Positions 32,152 through 41,705 of a stretch of DNA of 64,000 bases are shown one piece after another (within the stretch, counting starts at the first letter, position 1; each line of letters starts with the position of its first letter). The stretch comes from an uncultured Acidobacteriaceae bacterium. Its GTDB lineage: Bacteria > Acidobacteriota > Terriglobia > Terriglobales > Acidobacteriaceae. Position numbers and translations under genes: made by a program. The stretch lies in assembly GCA_963745555.1 (NCBI GenBank), contig CAVUXX010000003.1:216921-280920 (forward strand), read 5' to 3'. The notes under the pieces were generated by a model. It was given only the letters and a program-made list of their open reading frames with translations, was not told the DNA's origin and ran no database searches.

Positions 32152-33534
32152 ATGATTCAAGCGACTGTCGGATTCATAGTTTATGGAGTGCATAAGGATG
32201 GTCTGCAGGATCCGATGGGCACTCCATTTGTGGATGATGCTCTGATCGCAGAGGCAAAGGCCGCGCTCACAAAGGCCGGGTTGCAACTGGTCGAATACGA
32301 GACCGTGATTGCGAGCAAGCAGGAAGCTGCGGAAGCTTTTAAAAAAATGAAGCAGGATGACCGCGTCGATGCAGTGGTACTTTTCGCCGGCACATGGGTC
32401 TGGGCTGCTCATCTGGTAGGCGCGGTGCGTGATTTTGCCATGAGCGGGAAAGCCGTTCTGTTGTGGACGCATCCGCGCTCACAGGGCTGGAGGCCGGTTG
32501 GCGGACTGGTGATGCACGGCGGGCTTCTGGAAATCGGTGTTCCCCACCGGTTTGTGTATGGAGATATCAAGGATGCAGACACGGTAGGCCGCATCGTCAG
32601 CTACGCCCGTGCCGCGCACCTGAAGAACAGTCTCAATCTGTCCACCATTGGGGCCTTTGGCGGCAGAGGCATGGGCCAGACTTGCGGGGCAGCGGATCCT
32701 TCCCAATGGATGCGCACATTCGGGATCGATATCGATTCCCGCGATACGACAGAACTCATCCGGACGGCGGAGCGTATTCCGGCTGCTCAAATTGAAGCGT
32801 TGCAACCCCGCTTGTGCCAGCTGTTCGGCGAGGCTCCTGAAGCAAACACGGTGAATGATCGGTCTATCCGTCTTTATCTCGCGCTGAAGGAGATTGTCGA
32901 ACGCGAGCGTTACGCCTTCTACACTATCCAGTCGTTCCCGGGACTAGCGGATGATTACGCGGCCACCTGTTTCACGCAGAGCATGATGCTTGAGGATGGG
33001 CACGCCACTTCCACCCTCGGAGATTTCAATACCGCGCTCACCGTCTTCCTGCTGATGCGCCTGAGTCGGGAACGGATCTACTACGGGGACCTGCAGCACA
33101 TCAATCGACAGAAGCGGGAGATCAAGATCATTGGCGACGGAGCCTGCCCGCCCTCGCTGGCGAGCAAGCTGGGGCCCGCCGGGTTTGCAGAACACGGAAT
33201 TCCCACTGAAGGAGACGCAGGCGGTCTCTCGGTGCGGTTGATCTGCAAGGCTGGCGAAGGCGTGCTGGCGCGGCTCGGTCGCGTCAATGGGGAATTTCAG
33301 ATGGTCATTACACGCGCCTCGATCTTCGAACCTTCCAGAAAAGAAGTGCAGCAACGCCTCGACGAATGCGGCATTCCTTTCTGGCCGCATGGATTCGTGA
33401 CGGCGCATTGCGACATCGATGCGCTGCTTCAGCACTGGACAAATGAATACGCATGTCTCGGTTACGGGGATGACCTTTATCCCGCCCTGGCCGATTTCTG
33501 CGAACTCACCGGGATCAAGGCGATTCTGCTCTGA
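32152..33534 (+). CDS. L-fucose/L-arabinose isomerase superfamily protein
   Basis: RBS AGGAGAGG then MIQATVG; three-domain layout with IGAFGGRGMG, LYLALKEIV, GDFNTALT, LARLGRVNGEFQM, LGYGDD...CELTGI typical of FucI-like proteins. Confidence 0.68.
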   Translation: MIQATVGFIVYGVHKDGLQDPMGTPFVDDALIAEAKAALTKAGLQLVEYETVIASKQEAAEAFKKMKQDDRVDAVVLFAGTWVWAAHLVGAVRDFAMSGKAVLLWTHPRSQGWRPVGGLVMHGGLLEIGVPHRFVYGDIKDADTVGRIVSYARAAHLKNSLNLSTIGAFGGRGMGQTCGAADPSQWMRTFGIDIDSRDTTELIRTAERIPAAQIEALQPRLCQLFGEAPEANTVNDRSIRLYLALKEIVERERYAFYTIQSFPGLADDYAATCFTQSMMLEDGHATSTLGDFNTALTVFLLMRLSRERIYYGDLQHINRQKREIKIIGDGACPPSLASKLGPAGFAEHGIPTEGDAGGLSVRLICKAGEGVLARLGRVNGEFQMVITRASIFEPSRKEVQQRLDECGIPFWPHGFVTAHCDIDALLQHWTNEYACLGYGDDLYPALADFCELTGIKAILL

Positions 33535-33798
33535 TCCGGGCCAAAGCCCGCCAGGAGGTTCAAATGGCTATGACAAGAGCAGCCCCCGCATCGGAAACGG
33601 ATTGACCGTTCTCCACAGCCCGAAGAAGGGGCCCATCGACAGCGAATGGAAGCTGAGCCGATTATTGTTGCCGTTGACATACCCCCCGCTTTCTATAATC
33701 CAACCTCATAGCGCTGAAGGATAGAGGCAGCGGGGCCATACCAGCCGCCCACGGAAGCGCCCTGATCCCCAACATCATTCTCAAGCATCGCTTCCCGC

Positions 33799-34869
33799 CT
33801 ACTTCTTAGCCGGGCGCGGCATCGGCGTCACCCCGACCTGCTCCTCCGCCGTATACGGCGCTCCATAATACGGGAAATCCTCGCGAATGCGCCCGCGGTC
33901 GGGAGCAAGTCCATCGACAATTGGCGTGTTGGCCGCCAGCGTCAACATCACATCCAAAGCATCGTCGCCGAGCGCGCGTCCATTGAAGCTAGCCACCTCA
34001 AATGCGGCGGGCGTTCCAAGCTCGTAAGGCAACGTGTCGGGACAAAGCCGTGCAGCGATCAACTTCCCGTATTCACCCGGGTCCGCCGCCGAACCGGCAT
34101 AGGTCGTCATCTTCTCCGCAACATCCGCGATCGACTTCGCGAAGCGCTCTCGATCTTCAGAGGGAACTGACGCGTTGAATTGTTCTTTCTCCTCTTGATT
34201 GCTCGGGTTGTTCAGGAAGAGATGCGTAACCATAGGCAGGCCCCATCGCGAAACTTGTACCTCGGGCGCATGGCCAAAGAGGGAGATCGTCGCCCATGCG
34301 TTGATTTTTCCCTTCCCAATCAGTTCGCTCGGCACCTCCAGCACAATCGCCGTAACATTCCGCCTCGCAAAGGGATTCTGCTGATGCAGAAAGGCGTTCC
34401 CGTCGTAGCGCTGGTCCTTATAGAAAGCTGCCATAAATGTGCCGAATCCAGCATTTGCCGCAAATAACTCTGGAGCAATCCCAACATACGCACGAAGACC
34501 CGAATTAGTCGCGACCGAACCGGTTTCACCCTCAACCAGACTCTCTCCGGCGTCACCACGAAGAGCATCTTCACCCGTCGCTTTCCGGACCACAAACGGC
34601 TGAATGTGACTATGCTCACTGCCATCTCCGTGTCGTGGTTCACCAAACCTGAACTTGAACGTAACCTCTTCCCTCGCATCTCCGTTCAGGTCGAACCGGA
34701 ACGCGTAGAGTCCTTCTGGATGAAGCGTATCCGGAGCCGATAACCCCACATCCGGATTCACGGTCATCGCCATCACCGTCTTGCCCGAGGGGCCGTCAAA
34801 TAAATAAAAGTCGCAGAGGTTGAGGCTCGGATCTTCCCTCGCCAGTTTGGTATCGAAATGATGCGACAT
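33799..34869 (-). CDS. DUF4331 family protein
   Basis: MSHHFD, LCDFYLF, MAMTVNP, NVTAIVLEVP, QVSRWGLP, NGRALGDD, FPYYG. Confidence 0.78.
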   Translation of the reverse strand: MSHHFDTKLAREDPSLNLCDFYLFDGPSGKTVMAMTVNPDVGLSAPDTLHPEGLYAFRFDLNGDAREEVTFKFRFGEPRHGDGSEHSHIQPFVVRKATGEDALRGDAGESLVEGETGSVATNSGLRAYVGIAPELFAANAGFGTFMAAFYKDQRYDGNAFLHQQNPFARRNVTAIVLEVPSELIGKGKINAWATISLFGHAPEVQVSRWGLPMVTHLFLNNPSNQEEKEQFNASVPSEDRERFAKSIADVAEKMTTYAGSAADPGEYGKLIAARLCPDTLPYELGTPAAFEVASFNGRALGDDALDVMLTLAANTPIVDGLAPDRGRIREDFPYYGAPYTAEEQVGVTPMPRPAKK

Positions 34870-34996
34870 ACAGAACCTCCTTGAAAAGCAATGGCGCCGA
34901 CTGATGCGGGATGTTCCATTCGCTCCTCATAATTTGGCACTCTCAGGTGGCGGACCATCCGTCGATTCAAGACAAACGTGCTGCTCGGTCGCCGCC

Positions 34997-35291
34997 TTAC
35001 GCGCCTTCGACGATGCGAAAGTCGCGTTCCGCCCCGGAACCGAGTGTCTGCAGCGCCTTCTGGTATGCCTCGCTTTCATAAGCCCCAAGGGCAATCTCAT
35101 AGCTGTCAAACTCGACAAGGATCGCCCGCTGCTGCAATCCGGCTTCGCGGATCAGAACCCGGCTCGTCGACCTGGTCAAGACCCGTCCGCCGGAGGACTG
35201 TATGGCTGGCCCTGCTAATGCGCTATAGGCCTTTACTGCCCGCGTCGTCCGAAATCGATCGATACGCAACAACCCAATAACCCTTCGTCAC
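34997..35291 (-). CDS. DUF1330 family protein; +1 indel at ~35240
   Basis: RBS GAGG, GTG start MTKGYWVVAYRSISDDA|AVKAYSALAGPAIQSSGGRVL...LVEFDSYE...AYQKAL...RDFRIVEG. Confidence 0.8.
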
Positions 35292-35358
35292 GATGTCCTC
35301 CGAGTCAAGGTGAATGTGACACGGTGCTTCTTGATGAAAGCGGAATCGCGCTCGGGCG

Positions 35359-36141
35359 TCAGCCGCGAAGAATGGCAGCCCCGAAGGGAGCGCCCGTCAG
35401 TCCGCCATCCACCATCAGCTCGACCGCGTTGATGTACGACGCATCGTCGGAGGCAAGAAAAAGCACAGCCTTGGCCAGATCTTCCGGCTCGCCCCAACGG
35501 GCGAGTGGAACCGTGGAAGAGAAGAAGTCGGAAACTTTTGCGGATTCCTCTGCCGTGGCATTGGCACGCGCCCCGCGCTTCCAGATGGGAGTCTTCGTCG
35601 CTCCCGGGGCCACCACGTTCACGCGAATCTTGCGCGGTGCAAGGTCTGCGGCGATGGATCGCGCCATCGAGACGAGTCCGCCTTTCGTGGCAGCGTAGGC
35701 AGCCAGGCCTGGTTGACCGAGATAACTTTGCACCGATCCGTTGAAGATGATGCTGCCGTTGTCGTTCATGAAAGACGCGGCCGAATTGACGGTAAAGAAA
35801 GCACCGTTCAGGTTGGTGTGGACTACCTTCTCGAAGATCGCTTCGTCGGTCGTTCCCGTCGGCGTCCTGCCACTAATTCCGGCATTGGCGAAGACGATGT
35901 CCAGCTTGCCGAAATCCTTGGCAAGATCCGCGAAGAGCCGCTTGCGGTCGTCCGCCACGGTAACGTCGGCGCGGTAGCCGCGCGCGTTGGGTCCCAGTTC
36001 GGCGACTGCTTCATCCAGCGTCTGTTGATCGCGACCCGTAATTGCGACTTCAGCGCCTTCCGCAACGAAAAGGCGGGCAGTGGCCAGGCCGATGCCGCTG
36101 TTTCCGCCGGTGATGAGAGCCTTCTTGCCGGTGAGTTTCAT
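35359..36141 (-). CDS. Short-chain dehydrogenase/reductase
   Basis: ALITGGNSGIG, VFANAG, YAATK, RVNVVAPG, VDGG. Confidence 0.93.
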   Translation of the reverse strand: MKLTGKKALITGGNSGIGLATARLFVAEGAEVAITGRDQQTLDEAVAELGPNARGYRADVTVADDRKRLFADLAKDFGKLDIVFANAGISGRTPTGTTDEAIFEKVVHTNLNGAFFTVNSAASFMNDNGSIIFNGSVQSYLGQPGLAAYAATKGGLVSMARSIAADLAPRKIRVNVVAPGATKTPIWKRGARANATAEESAKVSDFFSSTVPLARWGEPEDLAKAVLFLASDDASYINAVELMVDGGLTGAPFGAAILRG

Positions 36142-36377
36142 GATTCCTCCTCGACGACTGACCCATCAACCAGGATGGTCGTCGTACAGTGATATGGCGT
36201 GTGCCCAATTTTGCTTAGTCAGCTTGGAAGATCGAAGTTCTCCTCTTGCTCTGCGAACATTTGGGCCATTGATCGTGTCTTTCAGATCGGGCTGCCAATT
36301 TCGCCGTCTATGATCGCAGCGATCGCATTGATTGCTATTCGCAGCGCCGCCAATGACGATCATGCTGCCCGCTTCAG

Positions 36378-37139
36378 CTAACCGGAGACGAGCTGCTGCC
36401 CGCCGTCGATGTCGTAGGTGGCGCCGGTGAGGGCCGTGTTGGTCATGATGTGAACGGCGAGCGCGGCGACGTCGGCAGGTGAGACAACGCGCCGGATGGG
36501 AAGCGTGGCGCGAAGCTGATTGCGGCGGTTGTCGAGCTCGTCGCCGAGGAGCGATGCCGACAACGGCGTGTCGACAAAGCCGGCGGCGATGAGGTTGACT
36601 CGCACGGGCGCGAGTTCGAGTGCGAGGCTGGCGGTGAGGGCGGGGAGCGCAGCGGTGACTGTCGGCACGAGCCCCATTCCGATGCCTGGGCGGCGCCCGC
36701 CGATCCCGCCCATGAACAGCAGTGTGCCTCCCGGTCTTACCTTGTGGACGGCGTTGCGGGCGACCTGGAGCATCTGCAAGAGGTGCGTGTCGAGGGCGCG
36801 GCGCGCCTGCTCGAAGTCCATGTCGAGAAGGCGCCCGTAGTGGGGCTGGCCGGCTGTCACCATCACGTGATCGATCGTGGCCGGCAGATCGTCGAAGAAT
36901 CGCTCGAGTGGAACAGGATCGTTGGCGTCGAAGGCTGCTATGGTCAGCGCTTCGAGCTCGCCGGCGGCGCGTTCGAGGCGCTCGAGATTTCGGCCGGTGA
37001 GGATCAGCCTGGCACCCTCAGCGCGTGCACGCCGGGCCGTTTCGAGCCCAATGCCGGCGCTGCCGCCGATGACAACGACAGTCTGCCCGAGAAGTTCCGA
37101 TTCGTGAGGGACGGAAACGCTGGTTGTTGCGGGGTTCAT
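36378..37139 (-). CDS. Atypical short-chain dehydrogenase/reductase
   Basis: RBS GGAGG, MNPATT; VVVIGGSAGIG, RVNLIAAGFVDT, LTGATYDIDGG; canonical YxxxK not evident. Confidence 0.85.
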   Translation of the reverse strand: MNPATTSVSVPHESELLGQTVVVIGGSAGIGLETARRARAEGARLILTGRNLERLERAAGELEALTIAAFDANDPVPLERFFDDLPATIDHVMVTAGQPHYGRLLDMDFEQARRALDTHLLQMLQVARNAVHKVRPGGTLLFMGGIGGRRPGIGMGLVPTVTAALPALTASLALELAPVRVNLIAAGFVDTPLSASLLGDELDNRRNQLRATLPIRRVVSPADVAALAVHIMTNTALTGATYDIDGGQQLVSG

Positions 37140-37210
37140 AGTTCCTCCAGGAACCCGCGATCGAAAGCCTCGACGTCCGCCGGGAGCGATGCCGGTCGCG
37201 GCGCAGCCGC

Positions 37211-37906
37211 TCATTGCGGCAATTCTTTGCCTGACTGCTCAGCCACCATGTAGGCGGCGTACCATTCCGGCCAGTTCGCATCGCGTTGCCCAATACGCTT
37301 CTCGTGCTCGCCGTGGGCAGCCTCCGCACGCCGAAACGCGCTCGCCAGATCGTTCGCTGATGCAAAGGTCGTCGCCGTGCCGTCGATGCGACCGGGAAGC
37401 CGCGTCGTGATTTCTTGGAACAGCCAGCCGTTTCCGTCCGGGTCTCTGAATGAGGCGAACGAGCGGTAGCTGTGATGCTCGGGATCAGGGCCGTTGACTC
37501 GAATCCGTCCAAACAGGTAGGGCTCGTCCGGGCCGGAGTACACGTCCGCGGCGCCGTGGAACACTTCGCTGACCTCAACGCCGTGACGGAGCAGATTCTT
37601 GCGCGCGGCCTCGATGTCATCGACGATCAGATAAAGGCCCTGGGCTGAGCCGGGAGCCGCCCCGGTGACGTTCTTGCCGAAGATGACCGAGCACCCGGAG
37701 CCAGGCGGTGTGAACTGAATCACGCGATAATCCTTACCGTTGTCGTAGTCGCCGTCGAGTCGCCACCCGAGCCTCGCGTAGAACTCCTTCGCGCGATCGA
37801 CATCCGAGACTGGGATAACGACGATTTCGAATTTCATGTCGACTTTCGCAACGCTAGCCTCGCCGGCGGCGTCGTTAGTTTGGATCTCATACGTCGCATT
37901 TGCCAT
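37211..37906 (-). CDS. VOC/glyoxalase family protein with conserved C-terminal helical extension
   Basis: EIVVIPVSDVDRAKEFY, QFTPPGS, LIVDDIEAAR, SFRDPDGNGWLFQE, tail AHGEHEKRIG..DANWPEWYAAYMVAEQ. Confidence 0.88.
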   Translation of the reverse strand: MANATYEIQTNDAAGEASVAKVDMKFEIVVIPVSDVDRAKEFYARLGWRLDGDYDNGKDYRVIQFTPPGSGCSVIFGKNVTGAAPGSAQGLYLIVDDIEAARKNLLRHGVEVSEVFHGAADVYSGPDEPYLFGRIRVNGPDPEHHSYRSFASFRDPDGNGWLFQEITTRLPGRIDGTATTFASANDLASAFRRAEAAHGEHEKRIGQRDANWPEWYAAYMVAEQSGKELPQ

Positions 37907-38564
37907 GTCTTTCCTCCTTTGCATTCAACTGAATCGCTGAATGCCAGCAGAATCACATGTCCCTAAGGCGTGACTTTCGATAGTTTTTGCAAAGTGAGCA
38001 TCTCCTGCCGGTCGTGAGCCTCTAAACGGGATTCACGGGCAGCTTGGAGGAGCTCCCACCGAATGCCTCGTCTCGATCCCAGGAAGTCAATTCGCTTCTC
38101 CCCTGGCGGAGCCGCGAATCATATTCCTGAATTCACACGTTTTGTTCGTTGATGTTCTCGACGCTTAGGCCCCGTATCATGCCTATCTTTGAGCGCGTGA
38201 AAACGTCTGGCTTGAAAGCGAATCTTAGGGAATCGGGGTCGCGCCGATCTTTCTGCCTTGGGGGGCCCTGCAGTTCGTGAGTGACTTCAAACGACGAGCA
38301 CGGGAAGCCGAACGCAACCCAGTATATACCTGTAATGCAGCGAAATCTGCAAGTCACTATTAATTAGAATTAGACGATTCGCCACGCTCCGAATGCACGA
38401 AAACCAATAATTGCCGGTTCTTGGGAAGAGCGGGCCACCACGCGCCCGGTCACAAGTATCATCAACCTGTACAACCTCGCGCGCATGGGCCTTGTACATG
38501 CAAGGCAAAGCCAAACCAAGATTGTAGGATGCCGCCGGGGGTTGACCCTTGAGGGGAGGTTCTA

Positions 38565-39230
38565 TTGCTTCAAAAGGCTGGCAGTTCTCGGCAGCACAGC
38601 GAACGCGCGCTGGAACGAAAAATTTTACGCTTTCCTGACCTGATTTGGCTTCTGTCACTGCTGATTTGCACGCTCGCGGTGGCGCTGGCGTTCGTCTACC
38701 TCGATGTGCCAATGGCCCACCGCATCCATGGACTTCTTGGGTCAGCTGAAAGCCTGGGGAAGGAATTTGCAAGTACCGTTCTTCTCGGTGTCGAAGCGGC
38801 TGTTGCGCTGGCGCTGGTTTGTATTCGGATTACGCGCGGACATTTGTCGCGTTTTGGTGAGGCGACCGCGCTCGCGTGTCTGACCTCCATCTGTGCGTAC
38901 GCAATCAACGACAGCATTCTGAAGCTCTTTTTCGGGGTGCCGAGTCCTGCGGCCGTGTTGCACGGAACCCGGCATGCATTCCATCTCCTAACCGGCTCTT
39001 CGAGCAGCAGCTTTCCCTCGGGCCACATGGTCCTCGCCGGCGCCTTCGCGGGTGTTTTCATGCGACTCTATCGAACCAGTATCTTGCCGCTCTCCGCACT
39101 GCTGCTCATTGCGGCAGTGCTGCTAATCGCCGGTGACTGGCATTTCGTGAGCGATGTAATCGCCGGAACATTTGTCGGTGTCTCGGCCGGCCTACTCGCC
39201 GGCGAGGTCTGGCTCGCCCATTCAAAATAG
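38565..39230 (+). CDS. PAP2 family membrane protein (start uncertain)
   Basis: Hydrophobic helices, SFPSGH, WHFVSDVIAG. Confidence 0.75.
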   Translation: MLQKAGSSRQHSERALERKILRFPDLIWLLSLLICTLAVALAFVYLDVPMAHRIHGLLGSAESLGKEFASTVLLGVEAAVALALVCIRITRGHLSRFGEATALACLTSICAYAINDSILKLFFGVPSPAAVLHGTRHAFHLLTGSSSSSFPSGHMVLAGAFAGVFMRLYRTSILPLSALLLIAAVLLIAGDWHFVSDVIAGTFVGVSAGLLAGEVWLAHSK

Positions 39231-39571
39231 GAGGTTACTGCTGGCGGTCCTGAAGGCTTCCCTCGGCGAGAACTCCACGGTGGGATTCTGCACCCCTTCC
39301 TATCTAACCGTCGGCAAACCGCGAGGCATGGGCTCGATCCTCAGATTACCGCACGGAGTTGACGCCAAGATTCACACAAAAAACGTGGCTTCGGCCGAAA
39401 AACGGCTTTCCTCCAACATCGCACACTCATTCGCGAGTGGACGACCTCGCGACTATTCGTTCAAGTGGATTGTCATGGCGAAATTCGCCCAGTAGCAATC
39501 CTGTTGATCGCTGACGCAAAGTGCATTTCCCGGTAGAAATGCGCCTAATACCCAAACAGCGTCAGCGAGCG

Positions 39572-40594
39572 CTACCTGACAGCGCCTGCGGCCGTTTTCA
39601 TCTCGATCCTTCCCGCGATCTCTGCAAGCCGCCGGTACGACTCGAGGCGCGCCGCATGATCCCATGTGTCCGTCACCACAATCAGCTCATCGGCTCCGGT
39701 GACAGCCACCAGCCGCTCCAGACCCTCCTTGACTGTGGCTTCAGAACCCACAATCGCCGCCCGCAGCTTGCTCTCCACTGCCGCGCGCTCCCACTCATTC
39801 CACAGCCCATCCATCGAATCCACTGGAGGCAGCAGTTCCACAGGCTGATTCCGGATGAGCCGGAGAAAACGCTGTTGCGGGGTGGTGAACAATCGCCGCG
39901 CTGCCGCATCCGATTCTGCCGCGATCACTTGAACGCCCACCATGAGCCACGGCCGATCGAGCACCTCGCCCGGGCGGAAATGCGTTCGATACAGGTGCGC
40001 CGCTTCCTCCAGCAGATCCGGAGCAAAGTGCGCGGCAAAGGCAAACGGCAGTCCCAGCGTCGCCGCCAGACGCGCGCTGAAGTCGCTCGACCCGAGCAGT
40101 GTTATCGGCACGCGGCTGCCCTGTCCCGGAATCGCTTTGACCACCTGCCCAGGCTTTTCCGGCCCCAGATACGTTCGAAGCTCCTCCAGCAACTCCGGGA
40201 AATCATCTCCGTTCTGTTGCAAGTCGCGCCGCAAGGCCCGCATGGTATGGAAATCGCCGCCCGGCGCCCGCCCCAGTCCGAGATCGATCCTTCCGGGATA
40301 CAACGCCTCCAACGTGCCGAACTGTTCGGCCACCACCAGCGGGGCATGGTTGGGCAGCATCACTCCGCCGCTGCCCACGCGAATTGTCTTTGTCGCCGCG
40401 GCTATATGGCCAATCAATACCGACGTCGCCGAGCAGGCCAGCCCGGGGATCGAGTGATGCTCTGCCAGCCAATATCGCCGATAACCCCATTCTTCCGTGT
40501 GCCGCGCAAGGTCGACCGAGCGCGCAATCGCGCTCCCCGCCGGCTCCTCCGTCCGCATTCCAACCAGATCCAGTACCGAAACAGGCAAACTCAT
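39572..40594 (-). CDS. LLM-class flavin-dependent oxidoreductase (luciferase-like, YhbW group)
   Basis: [53 protein letters not shown]. Confidence 0.92.
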   Translation of the reverse strand: MSLPVSVLDLVGMRTEEPAGSAIARSVDLARHTEEWGYRRYWLAEHHSIPGLACSATSVLIGHIAAATKTIRVGSGGVMLPNHAPLVVAEQFGTLEALYPGRIDLGLGRAPGGDFHTMRALRRDLQQNGDDFPELLEELRTYLGPEKPGQVVKAIPGQGSRVPITLLGSSDFSARLAATLGLPFAFAAHFAPDLLEEAAHLYRTHFRPGEVLDRPWLMVGVQVIAAESDAAARRLFTTPQQRFLRLIRNQPVELLPPVDSMDGLWNEWERAAVESKLRAAIVGSEATVKEGLERLVAVTGADELIVVTDTWDHAARLESYRRLAEIAGRIEMKTAAGAVR

Positions 40595-40965
40595 ACGGGA
40601 TTAGATGAATCCATTGCCGACTCGATCCATGCCTGTGAAAGCCGCTCATTTCGGAAGGCGTCGATACAGGAGAATCGATTTCCAGTTGGCCTGCTGAACT
40701 GCGCTCATTGACCTCGCGCTAAAGGCGATCTTCGTTGATCGCCTGCCGCGACCAGACGAAAGCGATATTGGGGCTGAAAAGCGGCAAAACAACCGCGAAC
40801 CACCGGGCTCGTCCTCGACTAACACCAACAGGCCAGCGCAAGCATTGAGGTGTTCCCCTTGAGTTCGATCAACACGACGCCGTTTACGCTACTCAGGTGC
40901 CCTCAGAGCCGTTCGGGTAGTCTTGGGGTGGAGAAGTCACTTGAGCTTTACAAGAGGACTCAATC

Positions 40966-41382
40966 ATGACGAATAGAGAAGCCGGAATCAATGTAGTCCG
41001 CGAAATGATGGGCGACCAGGCGGCCGCAAAACTCAGCGCTTCCGCTGACTCAAACACCTTCGGTGCCCCGATCGCTGCCTACGCGGTCGACCAGGTCTTT
41101 GCGGATATCTGGACTCGTCCCGGTCTGGACAGGCGCTCCCGCAGCCTAGTTTCGATGTCCGTCATGATTGCCATGCGTCAGCCCCATGAATTCGCCATCC
41201 ACATGGGGGCCGGGCTCAATAACGGCCTCACATTGAAAGAAATCGAGGAAGTTCTCATCCAGGCGCTGCCATACGTTGGCTATCCTGCCATCGCAACAGC
41301 ACTGACTGCTGCTGCCGAGGTTATCAAGGAGCGTGGTCTGGACGTCGACGAAAACTACGCTGGCCACCGCGGCCTGCTTTGA
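40966..41382 (+). CDS. Carboxymuconolactone decarboxylase (CMD/PcaC-like) family protein
   Basis: FADIWTRPGLDRRSRSLV, HMGAGLNNGLT..EIEEVL...PYVGYP. Confidence 0.85.
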   Translation: MTNREAGINVVREMMGDQAAAKLSASADSNTFGAPIAAYAVDQVFADIWTRPGLDRRSRSLVSMSVMIAMRQPHEFAIHMGAGLNNGLTLKEIEEVLIQALPYVGYPAIATALTAAAEVIKERGLDVDENYAGHRGLL

Positions 41383-41705
41383 CACTAAATGGCATCCGCA
41401 CTGCCGGTGTTGAGCGACGCTTGACTGTGCAAACCGAAGCTATCGTCTCGTGAAGAGTAATCCTGCAATTAGGGAAGTAAATCGCTAAGATTGAGCACTG
41501 TGGGGCGGGCTGCCGAGCCGTCGGAATCACGCAGCTGCGAAAAGTTAAAAGTTAGAGACGGTCTGCTGCTGTACCAAAACCCTCTCCGAAATCGACCAGT
41601 TAAGCAGTGCTAAATGAAAAGCCTGATCCGGAGGTTCCAAGACGACCCTCAAGACCTCCGACCGAAAAAAGCAGGTCAGAGCGTCTGTACTGCCGCGATC
41701 TTTCT

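Noticed and set aside
39521-40711. 396-aa plus-strand ORF
   Set aside because: Antisense shadow of the well-supported LLM oxidoreductase
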